NCBI GenBank assembly: GCA_951406725.2
Contig: OX597836.1
Location: forward strand, 23,250,001-23,314,000
Direction: 5' to 3'
DNA: 64,000 nucleotides
Source of the DNA: Octopus vulgaris
Taxonomy: Eukaryota
In this document: in pieces, positions 43,171 through 54,217 of the stretch
Layout of the letters: each line of letters begins with the position of its first letter
Numbering within the stretch: the stretch's first letter is position 1
The notes under the pieces: model-generated
Seen by the model: the letters and a program-made list of their open reading frames with translations, nothing else
Told to the model about the DNA's origin: nothing
Databases searched by the model: none
Position numbers and translations under genes: made by a program

Positions 43171-43228
<58 letters not shown>

Positions 43229-43451
43229 CATATATACACACACGCACGCACTCAGACACACACCTATGAATATACGTATGTATGTCTGTGTGTGTGTGGG
43301 GGAGTGGTTGTGTGTGTTTGTGTGAGCGGGACTATGCTCCTGTATGCTAGTGCAAAATGGTGCGTTGAGCTCAATTAATTTGTGTCAAAATTTGACTTAG
43401 TCAAATTCATTCCAGTACTTATGTTTTACTTTGTGTTATGCATAAAATACT

Positions 43452-43730
43452 GTTTAATTAATACTCAACAATTAATGCTCAATAATTAATACTCAATAAT
43501 TTAATTACAAATTTGTACGTTAAATTTGCATTTATCTGACATGAGCATAATTTCATCAGCAAAAAAAATAAAAAAATTAAAAAAAGGCGTACTTCGAGAT
43601 ATTATATGTTGACCTATCAATTTATCTCAAGGTACATCTTTTTTCCTCTCTGATGAAATTATGCTCATGTCAGATAAATGCAAATTTAATGTAGAAATTT
43701 GTAATAAAATTATTGAGATTTAATTGAAAC
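43452..43730. mobile_element. palindromic foldback / MITE-like element
   Basis: 43492-43559 is the reverse complement of 43650-43717; the inner segment is also self-complementary. Confidence 0.75.
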
Positions 43731-43839
43731 GGCTGTAAGAAGCGAAGATGACCAATTTATCAATAATAAATAATTCTTAACTTTCTAATCTCCATTTTCT
43801 TTTCTTTCACTGGATATGTATATATATACAAACATATAC

Positions 43840-43878
<39 letters not shown>

Positions 43879-43881
<3 letters not shown>

Positions 43882-44128
43882 AAAGTTTACGAAAAAAACA
43901 AAAGACGAAGACAGGTGGTGTACAAAACAAACAGATGTTTTAGTATAACGCTCAGGAATAGATAAAGTTTTTTACGTTGCGAGCCTACGCTCTTCTACAG
44001 AAAGAGATACAGAAAAAACAAGGAAAGAAACAAGGAGAGAAAAAATGTGTGTAGTGGCTAACGATCTATCATGGCGACTAGTGCCGGACAGAAGGGTCAG
44101 ACAGGAGGAAGAAAGTAGGGGAGATAAC

Positions 44129-44132
<4 letters not shown>
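43879..44132 (-). mobile_element. longest copy of the (TA)n-embedded hammerhead-element family (motif 43968-44004, GAAA mutated to GCAA)
   Basis: homology to 4096-4260; (TA)n on both sides. Confidence 0.72.
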
Positions 44133-44195
<63 letters not shown>

Positions 44196-44855
44196 GTGTG
44201 TGTGTCTGTGTGCGTCTGTGTGTGTATGTATAATATTTCCCTTCCACTAATTCCTCATGTCACTTCAGTTAGTTTCTGCAGGTTAAAGTTGTAAACATAT
44301 AAACACATTAGAAAATGCCAAGAAATTCTAGCAAAATCTCGTTAATCAATCCAGAAAAATGGAAACGAAACACATTCCATTTAATGCGATCCATGCATAT
44401 ATGCACCAAATAACCAGAACTATTAAAGAGAATACTGACTTTATTCTCTCTATTATTAACGCACATCTTCTCATTACATCACACATACACATGCACACAC
44501 GCACATACACAAATACATACACAAGCACACATATATACACATGCATTTGCGCGCGCGCACACACACATGTGAAATAATAAGGTGTTAAACAAGTTATATA
44601 GATCCTAACAAACCAAAGAATAAATATTCCATATCTATCCCCCGGACATGATATCATGTTTCTGGAGGCCAGATGTGTAGAAATTTGTATTCACGTGTGT
44701 TTCGGTCTTCAACGAATGGCAGAAGGCTTTATACGAGAAAGAAGGCAGATTTTATACACATGCCATGCGTCAAGTCATACTGTAATATGTTGTGAACTCA
44801 CGAGACATACTTAATGCACGCATAACTTCCAGATGCATACCATGTCTGGGCAACA

Positions 44856-44965
<110 letters not shown>

Positions 44966-45059
44966 TGCACACACAAGTACACACACACATTCCATATATG
45001 TGAGAACAGCTTTTCTTCTATGCATATTTCATTAAATGCACGACTATGTTCAACTTTTG

Positions 45060-46033
45060 TCTTTTGTATTTTAGATTTTTCGTGTTTTTGTTGTTAGTTT
45101 TTGACAGTTTGGAACATTAAAGTTCCTAAATTCCTATTCGATGTTTCCAGATCTTCACAGTCTCATTTTTGAGAGTTAAACAGATTTGGTGTCTACGTTT
45201 CTGTTTGAATTCGTATACGCTTTCTCCTCGAAAGGTCTTTTTGATCACCAAGCTTCTATGTCAGCGGTTCCATATTGATTTGCTCTGTTCAAATTTTGGA
45301 CCATTAGATTTTTATGCTTATCAGCACGTATGAACTGCTTGATGTGTGTTATTTGCGCTATAATTGTGACATTGTGTTCTGATACGAGTATTGCTTCCAC
45401 AATTAACTTTCTATTTTTGCGAGGAATTTTATATTATCCTCTTGTGTTTTTCTCTCTAAATTTGCTTTGTGGTGAATGGTATAGTTTTGCTACAACAAGC
45501 TGCTAACAACCAATGTAATCTACAAATTTAATCGTAAAACTGAAAGTTGCAAACGTCAGGACTTCAGCTACTACTATGGACATACTAGAACAACACACTT
45601 TCGAAGGTTTACCATGCATTCACAACCAGGAGCGATCGCAAAACATTATACCATATAAAACAAAAAACAGATTAAATTGGAAAAATTCTAGATGATAATA
45701 CTTTATAAAATGCCAAAATAAAAATAACCATAGATCATTTTTATGAAGTGATGCTCTCATCGCAACACAATGCGAAATAAACATTCAGATAACACACATC
45801 AAAAAGGTTGGTATAAAAACTGTCTGCTGGTATGACCGTAGTAGTAACCCGATAGCAAAAAAAAAAAAAAAAAATCTTTCACGGAAAAGTCCACTTGAAT
45901 TCAAACGGAAACAACAGTTTCTTAAAAATTAAACAGTTTAGTTCTCGAGACATCGATCATAAATTTAGAAACTTGTTTGAAACTAGCAGTAAAAGGACTA
46001 ACAAGAAAAACACGAAAGATCTAAATAAAAGAC
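45060..46033. repeat. old diverged inverted repeat (45060-45495 vs 45638-46033), probably inverted pLTRs of a Penelope-like element
   Basis: colinear shared blocks (ataacacacatcaa; gaattcaaac; actaacaa.aaaaacacgaaa.atctaaa); minus arm encodes RKLIVEAILV like a GIY-YIG C-terminus. Confidence 0.55.
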
Positions 46034-46456
46034 TATGCAATTTCACATAGTAATGTAGTTCATAAAACATGCCGACACACACACACACACACACGGACGG
46101 AAAACGTGGCTCAGAAATAAATTGCCTGGATTTTGGGAAGGCAAAACAGATAAAAAGCCCTTTTATTTTAGAATAGCTCCGATAAGTGCCAGGTTTTTCA
46201 AATTTTAGGGTAACAAATGGGAATAGATGTGGGATCCATCAGTAAAGTTGTTATTTTGAAAGTCTTGCTGTGGATTCTACTTAACGAGAATGGTTGACAA
46301 ACATCGGTCGCTTCAAATATTGTGAATGTATTTACTCATTCTTCAAGATTTGGTTCTCTGATCGTAATCCAATATAGTTAACATTCTTCATCGTTGATGC
46401 AGATTCTGTATAATTCCTTCTTACAACGCGAAACACTCTGACTATTTTAGACACAT

Positions 46457-46872
46457 ACTCTCTTTACTCTCTTTTACTTGTTTCAGTCATTTGACTGCGG
46501 CCATGCTGGAGCACCACCTTTTAGTCGAGCAAATCGACCCCAGGACTTATTCTTTGTAAGCCCAGTACTTATTCTATCGGTCTCTTTTGCCGAACCGCCA
46601 AGTGACGGGGACGTAAACACACCAGCATCGGTTGTCAAGCAATGCTAGGGGAACAAACACAGACACACAAACACACACACACACATACATATATACATAC
46701 ATATATACGACAGGCGTCTTTCAGTTTCCGTCTACCAAATCCACTCACAAGGCATTGGTCGGCCCAGGGCTATAGCAGAAGACACTTGCCCAAGGTGCCA
46801 AGCAGTGGGACCGAACCCGGAACCATGTGGTTGGTTAGCAAGCTACTTACCACACAGCCACTCCTGCGCCTA
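46457..46872 (-). mobile_element. SINE family B, full length
   Basis: head to tail intact. Confidence 0.92.
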
Positions 46873-46966
46873 CTCTTTCCATTATGAGATCAAATCCAGA
46901 CTGGATCACCGTTGGCCTCCATCCTTTCTCCATAAACAAAGGTACCAGTCAGCTAATAGGACCGGG

Positions 46967-47233
46967 TAAACGGTAAAGATCCTCTTCGGTCCTGAATTCG
47001 ACCATGGGATTGCTTCTCCTCTCCACCCCACCGATGTTTATCCAAGGGAAGGGCAAAGGGGCCGATACAGCTCGGAACCAGTGACGTCACAACTCATATC
47101 TACAGTTGAGTGAACTGGAGCAATGTGAAATAAAGTGTCTTGCTCAAGAACACAACACACAGCTCAGTTCAGGAATCGAACTCACCACCTCACGATTGCG
47201 AGCCTGACACTCTAACCACTGAGTCATGCGCGT
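46967..47233 (-). mobile_element. SINE family C, internally deleted
   Basis: homology to 16036-16375. Confidence 0.85.
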
Positions 47234-47451
47234 TCTATGCCAGATAAAATATCGAGATGGTCATGGTTGGATTGCCTTTGTTTATATTTATATTCGTTCA
47301 AGGTTGAATCGGGGGCTAAACAGCAACACTAGATCCGATCGTATAAACCTGTCATGTCAAAAAATCTGTCCCAAACCGCACCCATTATCTTCCAACAAAC
47401 ACTATGAAATCCCCCTGCTCTCCCCACCCCCTAGATTCTATTGCGTCACAT

Positions 47452-47890
47452 GCCATCGCCACCGCCGCCGCCGCCGCCGCTACCACCCACACATCCATCC
47501 TCTCTCCCACACTCACTTCCACCCTCTCCTCTACCCTTACCTCACCCCCACAAGCACAATCACTACCGTTACCACCACCACCACCACCACCACCACCACT
47601 ACCACCACCACTACCACCGCCGCCGCCGTCCACATCTCCACCACCCAGCACAACCATCACAACCACCACCATCGCCACCACCAGCACCAGCACCACCACC
47701 ACCACCATCGCCACCACCACCACCACCACCACCACCACCACCACCACCACCACTACCACCACCACCGCCGCCGCCGCCGCCGCCCACATCTCCACCACCC
47801 AGCACAACCATCACAACCACCACCATCGCCACTACCACCACTACCACCACCACCACCACCACCACCACCACAACCACCGCCACCACCACT
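47452..47890. repeat. (CCA/CCG)n low-complexity tract with an internal ~60-bp duplication
   Basis: ccacatctccaccacccagcacaaccatcacaaccaccaccatcgcca occurs at ~47630 and ~47784. Confidence 0.9.
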
Positions 47891-48484
47891 CTAACTTGCA
47901 TTTCTTAGTTTCTTCTTCCTCGTTATTCTCTCATTCCTCGGTCCCCCCCCCCACCGTCTAGCTAAACCACCCCCCTCTTTTAACCACCAGCATCACCATC
48001 ATCGCCATCGCCATCGCCATCATCACCAACACCAATCACATCATCTCTGCTGGCTTTTACCACATATTTCACTAATTTCAATCCCAGAGTTATTATTATC
48101 TATTTCGCTAGACTTAACGTTGTTATCTTAGTAAACATTTCCTCCTGTTTGGCATCGCTTCCTGCTTTTCTCTCTTCTCTCTCTTCCTCTCTCTCTCTCT
48201 TTCTCTATCTCTATCTCTCTCTCTGCCTTCATCCTCTCACCCGCGTTTCATATTTAGTTTTATTTATTAATTTGTTTCTTTAAATTTATATTTTCGATGA
48301 TTCGAATTTCCGCCGATTTCTCTCTTTCTTTCTTTCTTTCATTCATTCTTTCTTTCTTTCTGTCTTTCTTTTCTAAAGCAGTTTCACTTCAAGAAAAGAA
48401 AATGCAAACAAATTTCCATATATTAATGCGGAAAATAACAAGAATAAATACAACATAAGCAACAACAACAGCAACAGTAGTTGC

Positions 48485-48554
<70 letters not shown>

Positions 48555-48555
48555 T

Positions 48556-48609
<54 letters not shown>

Positions 48610-48850
48610 CGGCTGTGGCAGCGGCAACAAGTATAAAACAAAGACAAAAATCAAGTTCATGTAAATGAGGATGCAGATAATTATGTTAATAATAATAATA
48701 ATAATAATTATAATAAAATGAAAAATAGAAAAATCAATATACATACATATACATACATATTTATATATATGTATATATATATATATAGTCATTTGTATAT
48801 ATATATATATATATACACAAATGACTATATGTATATATATATAACTATAC

Positions 48851-48915
<65 letters not shown>

Positions 48916-49633
48916 TATATACATACATATACACACACATACAAACACACACACACATATCTGTATGTGTGTGTGTGTGCATACACAAAATTAACAAATA
49001 ATGAAGAAAACAAATCATAAACTAGAAAACCTCCATTTTAACTTTTACTTTTTATATTCATCTTAAAAAGAAAAAAAAAAAAAAATTTTCCCACCACTTA
49101 TTTTAAACTTTCTTGTTTTATATGTTTGTGTTTCGTAAGATAATATGTTATAATTATCTTTTCTAAGTTTTCTTTCTTTTACTAAATTTTTCCCTTTCAT
49201 CAAATTACCCAGCGGGTGGGGGTGGGAGCAGTTTCATTTTTCTGTTATTTTCAGTTTTTTTTGAGGGCTGCTTTTGTCCCACCATAACATTGGGCCTTTA
49301 GAGTGTGACCTGCATGAAGTGATTCAAAGCAGGATTGCACCAGCACTACAATCCCCTTACTCTATTGCTTTCGTCAAATTCACAAGAAGTATCGAGGTTA
49401 ATTTCGTAAACTAACGAAACGGTCGTCAAATATATGGTGCAGCAACAATTATTTAGACTGGCATGAATTCGGTTGTTCAGAGTTGACGGTTTTGTCCGTT
49501 GATTCTCAGAAAAGGCAGTGTTTGAAGTGTTCTCGTCTCGGAAGAGTTAAGTAAATTGAGCGGTAAAAGAATTGAAGTTGCCTTTTCTTTTAAATTATAG
49601 GACCAATAAGATATGGAAATCCGCACAGACGTG

Positions 49634-49682
<49 letters not shown>

Positions 49683-49688
<6 letters not shown>

Positions 49689-49785
49689 TCGTGCTGTTAT
49701 ATATCTTCGTACTGTTATAAATCTTCGTGCTGTTATATATCTTCGTACTGTTATAAATCTTCGTGCTGTTATATATCTTCGTACT
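49683..49785 (+). repeat. 18-bp minisatellite (a(t/a)atcttcgt(g/a)ctgttat) x5.7 at the RTE 5' junction
   Basis: units start at 49683, 49701, 49719, 49737, 49755 and 49773; G/A variants alternate. Confidence 0.95.
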
Positions 49786-50548
49786 CATCGCTGAAAACAT
49801 GGATCAGCTTCAGACCATGCTGACGGAGCTCGACATCAAAAGTTCTGCAGTAGGTCTCAAGATGAACCGCATGAAAACAAAGTTCATGCGGTCAGACAAC
49901 GTACCAACAGGTCGAATGGTGATCGGCAGTGATGAAATAGAGGAGGTGAGAGAATATGTCTACCTGGGACAGGAAGTAAATATGTGCCGGGATATCAAAA
50001 AGGAGATCTCACGGAGAGTAAGGGCCGGATGGAAGGCGTTCAATGGCATAAGGGATGTGCTCAAGGGAAGGTTGGACAGGACCACCCGCGCCAACCTCAT
50101 TAACAGTGCAGTTCTGCCTGCAATGTTATATGGTAGTGAAACATGGGCTACCACAAAGAGAGAAGAGCAAAGCCTGATAACGGCTCAAAGAGCCATGGAA
50201 AGGTCAATGCTTGGCATCTCGTTGAGAGAGCACATAAATAGCAACATCATCAGAAAGAAGTGCGGCGTGAGAGATGTCATCGCAGAGTATACTCGCAGCA
50301 AGTATAGATGGGCTGGACACGTCGCCCGGCTCACCGATAATCGGTGGACGCACGCAGCTGTCGAGTGGTACCCGCGTGAGCGGAAAAGACCACCCGGAAG
50401 ACCTCCACGACGGTGGAGTGACGATTTCAAGAGGACGATTGGGATCACGTGGATGAGAAAGGCGCGATCCAGAGAGGAGTGGACAGCGTGCTGTGACACA
50501 GCGGTGTCAAATGGACGCCTGACGGACCGGTCGGTCAAAGTGATCAAA

Positions 50549-50553
<5 letters not shown>
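49776..50553 (+). mobile_element. young 5'-truncated RTE-clade LINE; open RT C-terminal frame; (TCAAAGTGA)x2 tail; inserted in (TA)n
   Basis: VLIAE..GLKMNRMKTKFM..EYVYLG..EISRRVRAGWKAF..VLPAMLYGSETW..RWAGHVAR..WYPRERKRPPGRPPRRW with no stops; upstream RT motifs and APE domain absent. Confidence 0.95.
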
Positions 50554-50602
<49 letters not shown>

Positions 50603-50643
50603 ATGTATGTATGTATATTTCCTTGGATCTTTCCTTTTCCTAT

Positions 50644-50678
50644 GTTTCTGACGAAGAGCTCCGCTCGAAACGTTAAAT
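50644..50678 (+). ncRNA. minimal type-I hammerhead ribozyme motif, canonical core
   Basis: GTTT-CTGACGA-A-GAGC tcc GCTC-GAAA-CG-TT-AAAT inside a (TA)n-flanked element at 50617-50775. Confidence 0.65.
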
Positions 50679-50770
50679 CCTCCTTTCTTTCTTTTCCTGA
50701 GCGTCCAATAACACTATATTTGTTCCACGTTCCTCGCGTTGTTGTGTTTTCTCTGTGTTTTCATATTTGT

Positions 50771-50848
<78 letters not shown>

Positions 50849-50877
50849 AATGTCTCTCCCAGTTTATTTCTGTATTC

Positions 50878-50913
50878 CTTTCTGTTGAAGAGCGTATGCT
50901 CGAAACGTTAAAG
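50878..50913 (+). ncRNA. minimal type-I hammerhead motif (core variant CUGUUGA)
   Basis: CTTT-CTGTTGA-A-GAGC gtat GCTC-GAAA-CG-TT-AAAG inside the element at 50850-51000. Confidence 0.55.
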
Positions 50914-51004
50914 ACTTTTCTCACTTCCTAGCGTTAAAGTAATACATCTGTTTGTTGTTTACACACCGGTCTTCGTCTTTTGTTCTTTTGTAAATTCTTT
51001 ATAT

Positions 51005-51039
<35 letters not shown>

Positions 51040-51041
<2 letters not shown>

Positions 51042-51112
51042 TTGAAATTTGCAGAAAAACAAAAGACGAAGACAGGTGTATGAGCAACAAACAGGTGTAT
51101 TAGTTTGACGCT
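51040..51112 (-). mobile_element. tail fragment of the hammerhead-element family, tail-to-tail with 50850-51000
   Basis: aaaagacgaagacaggtgta...acaaacaggtgtatta is the reverse complement of ~50930-51000. Confidence 0.75.
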
Positions 51113-51299
51113 CTACTCAAACTGTGCTCTCTACGCATTCTGATCGAATCCTGCGTGTTTTAATAAGTGGTACTGAACCGGGAACCATGTGATTGGGAAC
51201 CAAACTGCCTACCATACTGCTACGCTTGATGTACACACACACACAGACACATACATATATAAAGATAAATATGTTTATGTATATATATGTATGTTTGTA

Positions 51300-51359
<60 letters not shown>

Positions 51360-51764
51360 AAGATAAGACCGAGGGATCCGAGTAAGAAGTTTGTAAACTC
51401 CAAGCAGTCCGTGGCAGGTGTAGAGAACAAAAACTGGACAGAGTACGACAAGGGGACAATAGCAATTTATTGGTATCGAAAGTTTCACACTTTCTCTCAT
51501 ACTGAAGTTATGAGGAAATTCGATGAGCTGATAATATCTATGTAACTCACGAATGCGAAAAAAAAAAACCTAAATCGAGGGAATGGAAAGGTAAAATGCA
51601 AGCTACATATGTTTCTTAGCTAACTGATTCTCTGATGTAACAGTTAGTCAAAGAGGGGTTCTCAACTTAGCTAATCATCACGCTGAAATTACCTTAATTA
51701 AATGAAGGTTACATTGATGCTTGGAATTTCCAAGTTAACTCACCGCAGATGTGAGTTATACGTA

Positions 51765-51851
<87 letters not shown>

Positions 51852-52054
51852 TATAAATATTTTGTAAATATAATGAAAATACTTTTTGCATAGACGACAC
51901 CCTTCAGCTACGAACCCAATAATAATGAAAGGAATTAATGAAGCAGTAATATAATGAATATAATGAAATGTAATGACTGTTAAACCTCATGGAATGTAGA
52001 AAATAAAATCACGACACATGTATCAAACTAAATACATACATATATATATGAACT

Positions 52055-52444
52055 GGATGGAAGCCCTCCGTCGGTTACGACGATGAGGGTTCCGGTTGAT
52101 CCGAATCAATGGAACAGCCTGCTCGTGAAATTAACGTGTAAGTGGCTGAGCACTCCACAGACACGTGCACCCTTAACGTAGTTCTCGGGGATATTCAGCG
52201 TGACACAGAGAGTGACAAGGCCGGCCCCTTGAAATACAGGTACAACAGAAACAGGAAGTAAGAGTGAGAGAAAGCTGTGGTGAAAGAGTACAGCAGGGAT
52301 CACCACCATCCCCTACCGGAGCTTTGTGGAGCTTTTAGGTGTTTTCGCTCAATAAACACTCACAACGTCCGGTCTGGGAATCGAAACGGCGATCCTATGA
52401 CCGCGAGTCTGCTGCCCTAACCACTGGGCCATTGCGCCTCCACT
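52055..52444 (-). mobile_element. SINE family D, full length, with long TSD
   Basis: tRNA head GTGGAGGCGCAATGGCCCAGTGGTTAGGGCAGC...TTCGATTCCC; ~28-30-bp TSD aaactaaat(a/g)catacatatata(ta)tgaact at ~52025-52054 / ~52445-52472. Confidence 0.92.
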
Positions 52445-52733
52445 AAACTAAATGCATACATATATATGAACTATACTTTCTACAGACACAATCATTTGTT
52501 TTGAGCAGCGACAAAAAACAAACTACGTAGCGCGATGCGGAAAGCGAAAATAGAAAACCGGGAAGAAAATATCAACAGTGTCTGTTATCCTGCTTTTGCT
52601 TGTAAAATATTTTTCAGAGTCTAATAACCGAGGCTTAACATTTAAAATAATTTAAAATCAACTTGAAGATATGAGAATCATAGTATTATGAGAAATACCT
52701 TGCAAATATACGCACGCCCACATAATACACACG

Positions 52734-52792
<59 letters not shown>

Positions 52793-53799
52793 ATAAACGT
52801 ATAGGCGGATGTATAGAAATTATGAATGTGTGTGTGTGTGTATTTATAGAATTTTTATCGCTAAGTCAGGTGTGTGTGTGAGTGGTGGGGGTCAGTATCC
52901 ATGATTCTTTTCAAAGCTTCCAAGGAGTGATGGGACGAAGATATCAGCAACAGGAGGTGTAAATATGCACCCATGGATCAGGTGGGGGTGGGGTGGGGGT
53001 GAAACTGGGCCGTGGATCATGTCTATCCCACTTAGTAGGCCAGTGGGGGTATTTGAACTTAAAACGCAAACATCCGGAATAAATACCACAAGTTATCCTC
53101 TCCAAAGTTGCAAAGTTCCAAAGGTTCCTGTATTTATTTCCCCACCCCCTCAACACATACCTCGCCCGGCTGCTACTTTATTTATCAAACCTCGAAGGCT
53201 GAAGACAATGTTGACCTTCGGTATAATTTGAACCCAGAACATAATAAACCCGGAATAAATACAGCAAGGCAGTTTGCCTTTTACCCCAAAGACTCAGTTT
53301 AATCATTGCTTCACTCTACTCTTAAGTATTTGCTTTCAGCTTTATTTAATGAAACTCTACTCTGGAGACATTTCATTAGAAAAATAAACCCATATCAAAT
53401 GATGAACCTTGTTGTTGTTTTTGTTGTGCAAGATGACAGGTTTTACATATTTTCATAGTTTTGTGTAAATTCATTGAATTCCAGTCATTTAAAATAATTG
53501 TTTGGGCTTTATTCGGGGAGATTTTGTATACCAGGCGGGATGAACACACGTTTTGAAAAACCTGAAGAAATATACTAATGACTATTGCATTAAATGCGAA
53601 CCTATTCATTTTCATCAAGTCCAGTCCGATATGATGCGGGTAGAACTCAGCAGCTGAGCGCTTCTATAACGGCTTATCCCATATTAATTAAACTTAATCT
53701 CGGAACTGCAAGCTAAGTTAAGGGGCGGGGTAAAGTAAGTACGGATTTAAAATCTTATAATAATGAGTTATGCCCGTTTACGCCCTGACTTCAAATTCA

Positions 53800-54217
53800 T
53801 ATTTCTTTACTACCCACAAGGGGATACACACAGAGAGGACAAACAAGGACAGTCAAACGGATCAAGTCGATTATATCGACCCCAGTGCGTAACTGGTACT
53901 TATTTAATCGACCCCGAAAGGATGAAAGGCAAAGTCGACCTCGGCGGAATTTGAACTCAGAACGTAACGGTAGACGAAATACCTATTTCTTTACTACCCA
54001 CAAGGGGCTAAACACAGAGAGTACAAACAAGGACAGACAAACGGATCAAGTCGATTATATCGACCCCAGTGCGTAACTGGTACTTATTTAATCGACTCCG
54101 AAAGGATGAAAGGCAAAGTCGACCTCGGCGGAATTTGAACTCAGAACGTAACGGCAGACGAAATACGGCTACGCATTTCGTCCGGCGTGCTAACGTTTCT
54201 GCCAGCTCGCCGCCTTT
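53800..54217 (-). mobile_element. SINE family A dimer inserted into an older, oppositely oriented A remnant
   Basis: 15-bp TSD cctg(a/t)cttcaaattc at 53784-53798 / 54218-54232. Confidence 0.9.

Noticed and set aside
46185-46440. Possible PLE RT fragment (QVFQILG*QMG); similar weak hint at 15480-15640 minus
   Set aside because: Too decayed to support by eye.
47226-47961. Long Pro/His/Thr-rich ORFs
   Set aside because: (CCA)n low complexity is open in several frames at once.
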